This document shows, piece by piece, positions 16,880-26,458 of a stretch of 61,879 bases of DNA; the first letter of the stretch is position 1; each line of letters opens with the position of its first letter. This DNA is from a virus. Lineage: Duplodnaviria; Caudoviricetes. A program made the translations under genes and the position numbers. The stretch spans positions 1 to 61,879 of IMG/VR virus record IMGVR_UViG_3300047508_000126, one strand, 5' to 3'. The notes under the pieces are model-generated. The model ran no database searches. It was not told the DNA's origin and saw only the letters and a program-made list of their open reading frames with translations.

Positions 16880-17200
16880 AAGCCATGCATGCATAGTCAT
16901 GCATGATCATTAACAGATCATGATCATGATCATGAACGATTCAAGATCACGAACGGTCAAAGCCAGACCGCGACGGCTGACCACCCGCCACGGCTGACCA
17001 CCCGCCGGATGGTCGATGGTCAGCCCAACCACCCCAAGCAGGCATCGCCGCAGGTCAGGCGGGTAGGGGGGCGGGGTCACGACGTCACAGTGTGACCACA
17101 TGACCCACACGGTCATCTCGATATTTACTCGCCGGTAGATTTTCGGGGTGCGAGTAAACTTGACGTGACAGTCCGCGGTTGATCACCGCGGGTTAGGCGG
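16880..17200. other. probable cos/packaging-initiation region
   Basis: non-coding gap between HNH and terminase genes; G-run GGGTAGGGGGGCGGGG at 17061-17076; tandem CGGCTGACCACCCGCC x2; GATC cluster; palindromes. Confidence 0.55.
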
Positions 17201-17248
17201 CGCTCGTCTCCTGGAGAGCGGGCGCTGCCGCCATCTCCAGGAGGTTTC

Positions 17249-17881
17249 ATGCGCGGAGTCTGCGAGTCGTGCGGTGCTGCGACCAGCAACGAGGGAAGAG
17301 TCCTGTGCTGCAGGTGCAATCCATCGGACCGCGAGACGCCGCTGCCGCCTGGCTATATCGCGCCGAGCAGGCGCGGCACCTGCTCGCGGTGCGGGAAGAC
17401 CATTCAGCTCTGCCCAACCTCGGCTGCGGAGCCTGTGTGTCAGCCGTGCCGGCGAGAGATGCGGCCACAGCCCCAGCCGAGATCCTGTGAGTTGTGCGAG
17501 AGGATCTACACTCCCGGCGTGAGAGCGGACTCCCTGCCGCAGCAGCGATTCTGCTCGGCCTCTTGCGCGTGGGCGTGGAAGAACGGCGCGCGGCCTCCGT
17601 ATATCCGGGTAAAGCGGAAGAGGTCGTACGGCAAGAAAGCCAAGACGGTAGCCCGCGGTTATGGCGCACGTCACCAGGCCGAGCGGCAACGCCTCCTTAT
17701 GTTGTGGCAGCCAGGCGACCCGTGTGCCCGCTGCGGCCTGCCGATGTGGGGACCGTCGTCCATGATGGACCTCGGTCATACCGCTGACAGGTCGGGCTGG
17801 ACCGGGCTAGAGCACGCCTTGTGCAACCGCAGTGAAGCCGGCCGCCGGGGCAATCCCAAGCGATCAGGGGCCGTCGTGTGA
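17249..17881 (+). CDS. Zn-finger plus HNH-like endonuclease
   Basis: GGAGG RBS; many CxxC pairs; C-terminal KTVARGYG...CARC...DLGH...EHALCN. Confidence 0.7.
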   Translation: MRGVCESCGAATSNEGRVLCCRCNPSDRETPLPPGYIAPSRRGTCSRCGKTIQLCPTSAAEPVCQPCRREMRPQPQPRSCELCERIYTPGVRADSLPQQRFCSASCAWAWKNGARPPYIRVKRKRSYGKKAKTVARGYGARHQAERQRLLMLWQPGDPCARCGLPMWGPSSMMDLGHTADRSGWTGLEHALCNRSEAGRRGNPKRSGAVV

Positions 17882-18126
17882 GGACCACGAACCGGGGTCA
17901 GCTCGAGCAGACGCTGAAGGAGCTGCGCCGCCAGGAGCGCATCGGGAAGATCGACGCGGCGGCCGTGCAGGCGGTCCGGTCGATGGCCGCCGCGCTGGAC
18001 GGCGACCCGGTGAACGCGGCGCTGTGGCGGCAGTACCGGGAGGCGCTGAGGGAGCTGACGGCGGATGACGATCACGGCTCCGTCGACTCGGCTCTTGCCG
18101 ACCTGTTCGCCGAAGTGGGCGACTAG
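17878..18126 (+). CDS. terS: terminase small subunit
   Basis: small helical protein directly upstream of and overlapping terL. Confidence 0.7.
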   Translation: MRTTNRGQLEQTLKELRRQERIGKIDAAAVQAVRSMAAALDGDPVNAALWRQYREALRELTADDDHGSVDSALADLFAEVGD

Positions 18127-19651
18127 GCGCACCGGCCGGGAGTCGTTCGGCGGTGAGCTGGCGAAGATCGCGGCCAAGCTCGGGCAGCCGTTCATGCCGT
18201 GGCAGGGTGATGCGGCGATGGTCGGCTGCGAGATCGACGACGAGACTGGCCTTCCGGCGTACCGCAAGGTGATCATCACGGTACCCAGGCAGCAGGGGAA
18301 GACCACGCTGTACGTGTCGTGGCAGCTGGACCGGTGCCTGTCTCCGCGGTGGGCGCAGCCGCAGCGGTCGGTGTTCACCGCGCAGTCGGGTAAGGACGCG
18401 CGGGACAAGTGGATGGACGAGATTTTCCCGCTGATCCGCCGGTCCCGGGCGCTGAAACCGGGTGCGGGCCTGACAGCCCGGATTTACGAGGGCATGGGGA
18501 ACGAGTACATCAAGTTCACGAACGGGTCGCTGATCCGGCTGCTGTCCACCTCGTCATCGTCGGGGCATTCCAAGACGCTGCATCAGGCGGTGCTGGATGA
18601 GATCTGGCATGACCAGGACAGCCGGCGGGAGCAGGGGCTGGGGCCGTCGATGCTGACGATCGCGGATGCGCAGGTGCTGATGTGCTCGACGGCGGGGACG
18701 GACGCGTCGGTGGTCCTGGACCGGTACATGGAGCTGGGCCGGGCGGCTGTGCAGGCGGATTCGGGGAGCGGGATCGCGTATATCGAGTATTCGGCGCCGG
18801 ACGGGTGGGATCCGGCTGATGAGGATTCGTATTTCGGGTTCATGCCGGCGTTGTGCCCGGCTCCGCCGTGCCGCTGCGGCGGGGGGAAGTGGCGGCACAC
18901 GATCACGATGGACGCGATCCGCAGTGAGCGGGCGTCGATGGAGCCGGCGGAGTTCGCGCGGGCGTACGGGAACGTCCCGGACCGGTCGGGGCAGCGGGCG
19001 AGCATGATGTCAGGCGGGTGGGCGGCCCGCGCCGACCCGTCGTCGCAGATCAGCGGGCCGGTGGCGCTGGCGTTCGCGGTGGCGTCGGATGAGTCGCCGT
19101 GGGCGGGTGCCACGTCGATCGCCGTGTCCGGGCGGCGGGCTGACGGGCTGGGGCATGGTGAGCTGACGGAGCCGCCCCGGGCGGGGACGGCGGGGCTGGT
19201 GGACCGGCTGGTGGAGCTGGCCGGCCGGCATGACGCGTGCGTGCTGGTGATGAACGGGGCCGGCGCGGCTGCCGCGTTCGGCAAGGAGCTGCTCGAGCGC
19301 GGGTTCGCGGTGGTGGCGCCGGGGAAGGACCCGCCGCCGGGGAAGCGGCGGCTGCAGGTCGTGGGGGCGCGGGAGTACGCCCAGGGCTGCGGGGCGCTGG
19401 TGCAGGACGTGGGCAACGACCGGTGGCGTCACCTTGGCCAGGAGCCCCTGGATAAGGCTGTGGCGGGTGCGCGGACGCGGCCGCTGGCCGATGCGTGGGC
19501 GTGGTCGTGGCGGGGTGCCAAGGCCGATATAGGCCCGCTCGAGGCGGTCACCCTGGCCCGGCACGGGTTCATGACCCACGGGACGACCCCGCCAGCACCG
19601 TTTTTCGGATCGTGGCGCTTAGGAAGGTCTCACATTGACGTCTGTCACTGA
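18065..19651 (+). CDS. terL: terminase large subunit
   Basis: MPWQ, Walker A VPRQQGKTT, Walker B AVLDE, C-motif STAG, C-terminal DIGPLEAVTLA. Confidence 0.93.
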   Translation: MTITAPSTRLLPTCSPKWATRRTGRESFGGELAKIAAKLGQPFMPWQGDAAMVGCEIDDETGLPAYRKVIITVPRQQGKTTLYVSWQLDRCLSPRWAQPQRSVFTAQSGKDARDKWMDEIFPLIRRSRALKPGAGLTARIYEGMGNEYIKFTNGSLIRLLSTSSSSGHSKTLHQAVLDEIWHDQDSRREQGLGPSMLTIADAQVLMCSTAGTDASVVLDRYMELGRAAVQADSGSGIAYIEYSAPDGWDPADEDSYFGFMPALCPAPPCRCGGGKWRHTITMDAIRSERASMEPAEFARAYGNVPDRSGQRASMMSGGWAARADPSSQISGPVALAFAVASDESPWAGATSIAVSGRRADGLGHGELTEPPRAGTAGLVDRLVELAGRHDACVLVMNGAGAAAAFGKELLERGFAVVAPGKDPPPGKRRLQVVGAREYAQGCGALVQDVGNDRWRHLGQEPLDKAVAGARTRPLADAWAWSWRGAKADIGPLEAVTLARHGFMTHGTTPPAPFFGSWRLGRSHIDVCH

Positions 19652-19856
19652 GCGCATCCCCCTGGACCGCATCGAGGCGCGGGCGAGGCGGGCGCATCCC
19701 GGCCGCGTGCTGCTCACCGCGATCGCCGCGGTCCTGTTCGCCCTCGGCTGGCTCGCATTCAAACTCTGCGCGGTCGCGTGGCTCGCCGCCGCCTGGTGCG
19801 GTTCCGCGGTCATTGAAGGCTGGCAGCAGGCCCGCACCGGGCAGGAAGCACCCTAA
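19635..19856 (+). CDS. small membrane protein between terL and portal
   Basis: hydrophobic 73-aa ORF, AGGAAGG RBS. Confidence 0.65.
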   Translation: MTSVTERIPLDRIEARARRAHPGRVLLTAIAAVLFALGWLAFKLCAVAWLAAAWCGSAVIEGWQQARTGQEAP

Positions 19857-19877
19857 AACGGTCGAGGGAGGCCATCT

Positions 19878-21353
19878 ATGGGCGTCCTCGACCGGGTAAA
19901 CGCCCGCGCCGCACGCCGCGGCCGGGGTGACGAGTCCCGGTACTCGATCGACACGTGGATCAGTGATTTCCTGATCCCGTCGGGCGGCCAGTTCACCTAC
20001 GGGAACTCGAGCTACCCGTTCGGGCTGGGTCAGCAGTCCCTAGCGGGGAACCGGGCGGCGGAGATCGCGAACAGCCTCCCGGGGTACCGTGCGGCGCTGC
20101 AATCCTGCCCGCCGGCGTTCGCCGCGCAGATGGTCCGCGCCCTGGTCCTGTCCCAGGCCCGGTTTACGTTCAGGAACCCGCCGTGGCACCCGACGAAGCC
20201 GCGGCGGACGTTCGGCAACCCCGACCTGGGGCTGCTCGAGAGGCCGTGGACGAACGGGACGACCGGGGAGCTGGTCAGCCGGGCGGAGTGGCATGCCGGG
20301 CTGGCGGGGAACGCGTTCGTGTACCGGCAGGCGCAGCGGCTGCGGCTGCTGCGCCCCGACTGGACCGCGATCATCTACGGGTCGCAGTCGGAGCCGGAGT
20401 GGCCGTCGGGGGCTTTGGATGCGGAGCTGCTCGGCTACGTGTACGCGAACCGGGGCATCGGGGTGGGGAAACCCGAGTTCCTGCTGCCGAAAGACGTTGC
20501 CCACTGGGCTCCGCTGCCTGACCCGGAGATGACGGGTCTCGGGATGTCGTGGCTGACCCCGGCGATCCGCGAAATGCAGGGTGACCGGCTCGCGAGCGAG
20601 CACAAGATCCGTTTCTTCGAGAACGGGGCGACGCCGAACCTGGTGGTGAAGGGGATCCCGGCGCTAGACCGGCCGGTGTTCGAGCAGCTGGTGAACGACA
20701 TGGAGGAACGCCACGCGGGCGTATCCAACGCCTATCGCACCCTGTACCTGACGGCGGGCGCGGATGCCAGCGTGATCGGCAGCAATATGGCGGAGCTGGA
20801 CCTGAAGGCGGTTCAGGGGACGAACGAGACGCGGCTGTCGGTGCTGTCGCGGGTCCCGGCGGCGCTCTTGGGCATATCTGAGGGGCTGAGCGGCAGTTCA
20901 CTGAATGCCGGTAACTTCTCCGCGGCGCGGCGGAACTTCGCCGACACGTGGGTGTACCCGACATTGCAGGACCTGGCGAACTCCCTGGCCGCGGTGGTGA
21001 CCGTCCCGGCTGACGCGGAACTGTGGTTCGACCCGGCCGACATGCCCATTTTGCGTGAGGACGCGAAGGATGCCGCTGATATCGAGGCGGTGAAGGCGTC
21101 GACGATCAACAGTTACCTGCGGGAGGGGTTTACCGCGGAGTCGGCTATCGCGGCGGTCCGCGGGCAGGACGTCTCGCTCTTGCGGCACACGGGTTTGATC
21201 AGCGTTCAGCTTCAGCCGCCGGGGACGGTGCTGCCGGGCGGGGCCCCCGCGGCGCTGCCGCCAGGTAATGGCACGGTGCCCCCGGCTAAGCCGAAGCCGC
21301 CCCCGCCGGCGGTACCGGCAGCTAACGGCGCAGGAGGAACAGGCGATGGCTGA
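19878..21353 (+). CDS. portal protein (HK97-like)
   Basis: GNAFVY...LRPD, G.SWL, FFENGATP, RVP..LLG; position after terL. Confidence 0.92.
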   Translation: MGVLDRVNARAARRGRGDESRYSIDTWISDFLIPSGGQFTYGNSSYPFGLGQQSLAGNRAAEIANSLPGYRAALQSCPPAFAAQMVRALVLSQARFTFRNPPWHPTKPRRTFGNPDLGLLERPWTNGTTGELVSRAEWHAGLAGNAFVYRQAQRLRLLRPDWTAIIYGSQSEPEWPSGALDAELLGYVYANRGIGVGKPEFLLPKDVAHWAPLPDPEMTGLGMSWLTPAIREMQGDRLASEHKIRFFENGATPNLVVKGIPALDRPVFEQLVNDMEERHAGVSNAYRTLYLTAGADASVIGSNMAELDLKAVQGTNETRLSVLSRVPAALLGISEGLSGSSLNAGNFSAARRNFADTWVYPTLQDLANSLAAVVTVPADAELWFDPADMPILREDAKDAADIEAVKASTINSYLREGFTAESAIAAVRGQDVSLLRHTGLISVQLQPPGTVLPGGAPAALPPGNGTVPPAKPKPPPPAVPAANGAGGTGDG

Positions 21354-22353
21354 CAGCAAGCCCTACGGCAACGTGACCTACGCCGACCCGAAGAACGGCA
21401 AGTACCCCATCGACACGGCCGCCCACGCCAAAGCGGCCCTCTCGTATATCTCGATGCCGAAGAACGCCTCCCAGTACCCGCTGAACGGCGTGACCCTCGC
21501 GTCGGTGAAGGCGCGGATCATCGCGGCGTGCAAGAAGTTCGGCATCACCGTCAGCCAGTCGAACGCCGCCCACTTCGCGCCGGACCTGGATGTGGTCCGC
21601 TCCGGCGGCGACCTGGAACTCCGCGCCGCGGACGAGCCGCCGCCGGACGGGTCGCTGGGGACGCTGACCGGCCGGTTCAGCGAGACCGGCCGCTGGTACA
21701 AGGTGTCATCCCGGTATGAGGGCGACTTCATGGAGCGTGTCGCCGAGGGCGCGACCGCCGACACGATCCGCGACAACCGGGACGGGATGCGGGTCCTGTT
21801 CGATCACGGGATGGACGCCCAGATCGGCAACAAGGTGCTGGGCCCGATCGACACGCTCGAGGAAAAGTCCGACGGCCCGCATTATGAGGTGCCGCTGTTC
21901 GACACGTCCTACAACCGGGACCTGCTGCCGGGGCTGAAGGCAGGCGTGTACGGGGCGTCGATGCGGATGAGGGTCACCGCCGATGAGTGGGATGACGAGC
22001 CCGCCAAGTCCGATGCGAACCCGGACGGGATCCCGGAGCGGACGATCACCCGGATGAAGGTGCTCGAGTTCGGGCCGGTGACGTTCCCCGCTAACCCCGG
22101 CGCGTCGGCCGGGGTCCGGTCGGGCACCGACGAGTTCTACCACCGGCTTCAGCAGGTGAACGCCCCCGCGTTTGAGGACGCGGTGCGGGCGGCCGGCCTG
22201 AGCCTCGATGACTTCACCGGGCGGGACGGCGCGCGGAGCGCCCCCGGCGGCGAGGAAGACGACGCCAGCCAGGCAAACGGCGGGACGTCACCCACCCGAT
22301 CAGCGGTCCTGCGGGACCGCGCCTGGCGCATGAGAGGACAGCCACATGGCTGA
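21346..22353 (+). CDS. prohead protease (HK97 family) with an extra N-terminal domain
   Basis: FMERV..GA, VLFDHG, GASMRM, EFGPVTFPA; N-terminal YGNVTYADP...KYPIDT..H..AA.SY module. Confidence 0.9.
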   Translation: MADSKPYGNVTYADPKNGKYPIDTAAHAKAALSYISMPKNASQYPLNGVTLASVKARIIAACKKFGITVSQSNAAHFAPDLDVVRSGGDLELRAADEPPPDGSLGTLTGRFSETGRWYKVSSRYEGDFMERVAEGATADTIRDNRDGMRVLFDHGMDAQIGNKVLGPIDTLEEKSDGPHYEVPLFDTSYNRDLLPGLKAGVYGASMRMRVTADEWDDEPAKSDANPDGIPERTITRMKVLEFGPVTFPANPGASAGVRSGTDEFYHRLQQVNAPAFEDAVRAAGLSLDDFTGRDGARSAPGGEEDDASQANGGTSPTRSAVLRDRAWRMRGQPHG

Positions 22354-23827
22354 CAAGACCACCGACCCCCCCCAGGAGTTCATGCCGGAGAGCATGGACG
22401 ACCTCCGCGGCCGGACCCCCGATGAGCTCCGCAAGATGGCGGAAGTCCTGGACGCGCACCTGAAGGCGCTCCACCAGACCGACGAGGGCGAGCTCCGCGA
22501 CCTGTCCGACGACGAGGAATCCGCGTTCAACCTCGGGATGCAGCTCCGCACCGCGATCCTGGACCGGCTCGACGAGCACACCAAGATCGCCGAGGTGTTC
22601 CGCCGCCGTCCCGCCGTGGTGCAGCAGGCCATGGCGAACATCCGGTACGGCCTCGACGACCCGGCCGGGGACACCCGGCGGCTCACCAACCCGGAGGCCC
22701 GGGACAAGGCGCTGCGGGTCCTGGACTCCCGCGACGCCGGGGACCTGTCCGACGCGCAGAAGACGCAGGTGGACAAGATGCTCCGCCGCGACACGGTCAT
22801 GGCCCGCCGGATCCTCGTTACCGAGAACGAGGACTACCGGTCCGCGTGGATGAAGATGGTCACCGACGTCCACCCGGTCCTGACGCCGGAGGAGAACCGG
22901 GCGGTCCAGGCGTGGTACGAGTTCCGTGCGCTGGGTGACTGGACGACCACGGCGGGTGGTTTTGGCATCCCCGTTTTCATTGATCCTTCAATCATTTTGA
23001 CCGCACAGGAAAGCGGCAATCCGTTCCTGAGCATCGCCAAGCAGGTCACGGTCAACACGAACCAGTGGAAGGGCGTGTCGAGCGCGGGTGTCACCTGGGC
23101 ATTCCAGACTGAAGCCGCGACGACGACGGACAACTCCCCGGTCCTGGCGCAGCCGACCGTGCTGGTCCACATGGCCCGCGGGTTCATCCCCTACTCGATC
23201 GAGGTCGGGATGGACTACCCGGGGTTCGCCTCGGAAATGGGCACGCTCCTCGCCCAGGGGTACGACGAGCTGCTCGTGCAGAAGTTCACCGTCGGGTCCG
23301 GCACGAACGAGCCGAAGGGCATCCTCACCGCGATCTCCGCGGTGTCCGGGGACCGGGTGAAGGTCACCACCGGCGGCACCATCGGCGCCCCCGACCCCTA
23401 CCTGGTGTGGAAGGCGCTGCCGCAGAAGTACCGGCGGAACGCGTCCTGGCTGATGAGCGTGGGCGTGAACAACGCGATCCGGCAGATCGGCGCGGCCAAC
23501 GTGTTCCACGGCTACACCGTCAACCTGCCGGAAGGGTGGGCGGACCAGCTGTTCAACCGGCCCGTCTACGAGTCGGCGTACATGCCCGACACCACCACGT
23601 GGACGACCACCGCCGAGGGCCAGGCCATTGTCGGGGACTTCTCCAACTTCGTCGTGGCCCGGAACGGGGGGATGAGCGTCGAGCTCGTCCCGCAGCTGTT
23701 CCAGCAGGTCACGGCGGGCTCTGGGCCCGCGACTCCGACCGGCCAGCGCGGCTGGTTTGCGTACGCGAGGATCGGCAGCGATTCGAGCAACACGGCCGGG
23801 TTCCGCCTCCTGGTGGCGAACTCGTAA
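22346..23827 (+). CDS. major capsid protein (HK97 fold, N-terminal scaffold domain)
   Basis: GGFGIP, GSGTNEPKGI, IVGDFS motifs; position after the protease. Confidence 0.93.
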   Translation: MADKTTDPPQEFMPESMDDLRGRTPDELRKMAEVLDAHLKALHQTDEGELRDLSDDEESAFNLGMQLRTAILDRLDEHTKIAEVFRRRPAVVQQAMANIRYGLDDPAGDTRRLTNPEARDKALRVLDSRDAGDLSDAQKTQVDKMLRRDTVMARRILVTENEDYRSAWMKMVTDVHPVLTPEENRAVQAWYEFRALGDWTTTAGGFGIPVFIDPSIILTAQESGNPFLSIAKQVTVNTNQWKGVSSAGVTWAFQTEAATTTDNSPVLAQPTVLVHMARGFIPYSIEVGMDYPGFASEMGTLLAQGYDELLVQKFTVGSGTNEPKGILTAISAVSGDRVKVTTGGTIGAPDPYLVWKALPQKYRRNASWLMSVGVNNAIRQIGAANVFHGYTVNLPEGWADQLFNRPVYESAYMPDTTTWTTTAEGQAIVGDFSNFVVARNGGMSVELVPQLFQQVTAGSGPATPTGQRGWFAYARIGSDSSNTAGFRLLVANS

Positions 23828-24027
23828 TGGCCGAGCAGCCGAGGCAGGCCGACAAGCCGCAGCAGCAGGCGGGCAAGGCGCCGCTGGGCAGTGCGGGCGC
23901 GTCGAGCAGCCCGCTGGTGCACCAGCTGCTGGCGGAGCGGGCGATCATGGCCAGCGTCGACGACAAGGACGCGGTGAAGGCCCTGGACACGAAGCTGGCG
24001 GATCTCGGCGTCAGCGTCGAGGCCTGA
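23827..24027 (+). CDS. small head-associated protein
   Basis: TAATG overlap with the capsid stop. Confidence 0.65.
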   Translation: MAEQPRQADKPQQQAGKAPLGSAGASSSPLVHQLLAERAIMASVDDKDAVKALDTKLADLGVSVEA

Positions 24028-24050
24028 CGTAGGGGGAAGGGGCCAGGCCT

Positions 24051-24206
24051 GTGGCTACCTACCAGCCTGCGGGTGACTCGTGCAACGCCGCGGTGCAGTT
24101 CCTGATGGCGCAGTGGCTGATCTTCACCGAGAACGGCCAGGCGTCGCTGGCCGCCGGCGTGGAGACGCAGCTGAACGCGCTGGGCGCGTCGATGACCGGC
24201 GCGTGA
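24051..24206 (+). CDS. small protein, apparent paralog of the preceding gene
   Basis: AAVQFLMAQWLI...VETQLNALGAS resembles PLVHQLLAERAI...LDTKLADLGVS. Confidence 0.55.
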   Translation: MATYQPAGDSCNAAVQFLMAQWLIFTENGQASLAAGVETQLNALGASMTGA

Positions 24207-24211
24207 CAACT

Positions 24212-24247
24212 GGCGGCCCGGGGCTCCCCGAGGTGCCCCGGGCCGCC
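24212..24247 (+). terminator. GC-rich hairpin after the capsid genes
   Basis: 13-bp IR GGCGGCCCGGGGC / GCCCCGGGCCGCC. Confidence 0.55.
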
Positions 24248-24271
24248 GCCAGTCCCCGGGAGGGGTGACGC

Positions 24272-24682
24272 ATGGCGGTTATCGTGGCGACGGGCAGCCT
24301 GGTCCCGGGGAGCTTCGGCGTCAAGGCGCCGGGCACCAGCACGGCGAGCCTGTCATCGGCGCAGGCCGGCAACGGCCCGTCGGCGAACGTCCTGGACCGG
24401 GGCGGCTCCACCGGGCCTGTCCTGCTGCGGCTGACCACGGCCGCGGGCGCGACACCGACGTGCACGTACGCGGTGGAGGGGTCGCCGGACAACGTGAACT
24501 TCTTCGCGGTGCAGTACGCCGACTCGGCGTCCCCGCAGACGCTGGTCATCACCACGTTCGTCATCTCATCGGCGGTCACGGTGCTGAAGCTGATCCCGGC
24601 GCTGATCCCGGTGCGGTTCCTGCGGGTGACGTACAGCGCGAATACGAACGTGACGAACACGCTGGACGCCTTCGTCTACTAG
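24272..24682 (+). CDS. putative virion (decoration-like) beta-rich protein
   Basis: Thr/Val/Ala-rich; VEGSPD..NF and RFLRVTY motifs. Confidence 0.65.
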   Translation: MAVIVATGSLVPGSFGVKAPGTSTASLSSAQAGNGPSANVLDRGGSTGPVLLRLTTAAGATPTCTYAVEGSPDNVNFFAVQYADSASPQTLVITTFVISSAVTVLKLIPALIPVRFLRVTYSANTNVTNTLDAFVY

Positions 24683-24708
24683 GCGCGGGCCCTACCTCGG
24701 GAGTGATC

Positions 24709-24948
24709 ATGGATGTCGTGTACGTGAAGTACAACGCCTATGTGGCGGAGGCGCACCGGGCCATCCGCCAGGGTGAGCACTGGCCCGCTGATGACCCGGT
24801 GGTGAAGGCGATGCCGGACGCGTTCTCGCCGGACCCGCGGTACGGCGTCCAGTGGTCCGGCGACCCGCCGCCCGAGCTGGCCGAGCCGCCGGTGGAGCAG
24901 GCGACGGCCGGGCCGGGCGAGAAGCGGGCCGCGGTGCGGCGTGGCTGA
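24709..24948 (+). CDS. hypothetical head-region protein
   Basis: ends VEQATAGPGEKR, a pattern common after actinophage capsid genes. Confidence 0.65.
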   Translation: MDVVYVKYNAYVAEAHRAIRQGEHWPADDPVVKAMPDAFSPDPRYGVQWSGDPPPELAEPPVEQATAGPGEKRAAVRRG

Positions 24949-26368
24949 GGTCACCCCGGAGGACCGGGCGGGCGCGGTCGCCGTCGGGTACGTCTACAAC
25001 GGCAAGGACGTCGCCTACTCCTGGCACCACTCCGTCATCGAGCTGATCGGGTGGGACTTCGCGCATGAGGCGCGGATCCTGCGCGGCGGGTACGTGGCGT
25101 ACAAGTGCGGCACCGACGGGCTCGCCTCCGCGCGGAACAACGCGGTGAGGCTGTTCCTCGAGGAACGGCAGGCCGACTGGCTGTTCTGGATCGACACCGA
25201 CATGGGGTTCGCCCCGGACACCATAGACCGGCTCCTCGCCGCGGCCGACCCCGTAGAGCGCCCGATCGTCGGCGGCCTGGCGTTCACCCAGCAGGAAGTC
25301 GACCCCGACGGGATGGGCGGGTGGCGGTGCCGCGCCGCGCCTACCGTGTTCGACTGGGCGGTCCTGGACGACGGGCAGATGGGCTTCGTGATCCGGTGGA
25401 AGTACCCGCCGGACGCCCTGACCCGGGTCGGCGGTACCGGCTCGGCGTGCGTCCTGATCCACCGCAGCGTGTTCGAGCGGGTGCAGGAGAAATTCGGGCC
25501 CGTCTGGTATGACCGGGTGCCGAACACGACGACCGGGCAGCTCCTGTCCGAGGACCTGGCGCTGTGCCTGCGCGCCGGGGCGCTGGACATCCCGATCCAC
25601 GTCCACACCGGGGTGCAGACGACGCACCAGAAGACGCTGTGGCTCGCGCAGGACGACTACTACGGGCAGGTCGCGCTGTCGCAGCTGACCCCGCCGGTGC
25701 CGCCTGCGACGGAGGAGACGGCGGTCATCGTCCCCGTGCTGGGCCGGCCGCAGAACGCAGCCCCGTTCATGGCGTCGCTGGTGGCGTCCGACACGCTCGC
25801 GCGGGTGTACGCGGTCGCCGATGCTGACGACGAGGAGACGGCGCGGGCCTGGAAGGAAGCCGGGGCGCAGGTCCTGACCTGGCACGGCCCCAGTCCGGGG
25901 ACGTTCGCGCAGAAGGTCAACATCGGCTACGCGGTCACAGACGAGCCGTGGCTGCTGCTGACCGGCGACGACGTGAAGTTCCACCCGGGCTGGCTTGACC
26001 AGGCGCAGCACGCCGCCCGCGACGGTGCGGACGTGGTCGGCACGAACGACCTGCACAACCCGCGGGTGACCGCCGGGGAGCACTCGCCGCACCCGATGAT
26101 CCGCCGCGCCTACATCGACGAGCAGGGCGCCTCCTGGGACGGCCCGGGGGTCGTCTGTCATGAGGGGTACGGGCACTGGTTTGTTGACGATGAGCTGGTG
26201 ACGGCGGCGAAGCAGCGGGGCGCGTGGGCAGCGGCCCCGCACGCCAAGGTCGAGCACCTGCACCCGCTGTGGGGCCTGGCCGCCGACGACGAGACATACG
26301 CGCTGGGCCGCGGGCACATCGAGGCCGACAAGGCGCTGTTCGAGAAGCGGCTGGCCGAGCACAGCTAG
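24941..26368 (+). CDS. two-domain GT-A (GT2-like) glycosyltransferase
   Basis: domain 1 ARN...WLFWIDTD...SEDLALC; domain 2 AVIVPV...LLLTGDD...WFVDDE...VEHLHP. Confidence 0.85.
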   Translation: MAEVTPEDRAGAVAVGYVYNGKDVAYSWHHSVIELIGWDFAHEARILRGGYVAYKCGTDGLASARNNAVRLFLEERQADWLFWIDTDMGFAPDTIDRLLAAADPVERPIVGGLAFTQQEVDPDGMGGWRCRAAPTVFDWAVLDDGQMGFVIRWKYPPDALTRVGGTGSACVLIHRSVFERVQEKFGPVWYDRVPNTTTGQLLSEDLALCLRAGALDIPIHVHTGVQTTHQKTLWLAQDDYYGQVALSQLTPPVPPATEETAVIVPVLGRPQNAAPFMASLVASDTLARVYAVADADDEETARAWKEAGAQVLTWHGPSPGTFAQKVNIGYAVTDEPWLLLTGDDVKFHPGWLDQAQHAARDGADVVGTNDLHNPRVTAGEHSPHPMIRRAYIDEQGASWDGPGVVCHEGYGHWFVDDELVTAAKQRGAWAAAPHAKVEHLHPLWGLAADDETYALGRGHIEADKALFEKRLAEHS

Positions 26369-26386
26369 CCGCCCCACCAAGATCTG

Positions 26387-26422
26387 GGAGCCCGTCATCC
26401 TTCCCTGGAGTGGCGGGCTTCC
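26387..26422. terminator. hairpin upstream of an inserted gene pair
   Basis: GGAGCCCGTCA...TGGCGGGCTTCC. Confidence 0.45.
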
Positions 26423-26458
26423 TCATATCCACATCCAGGGAGATCCAGGGAGACGACT

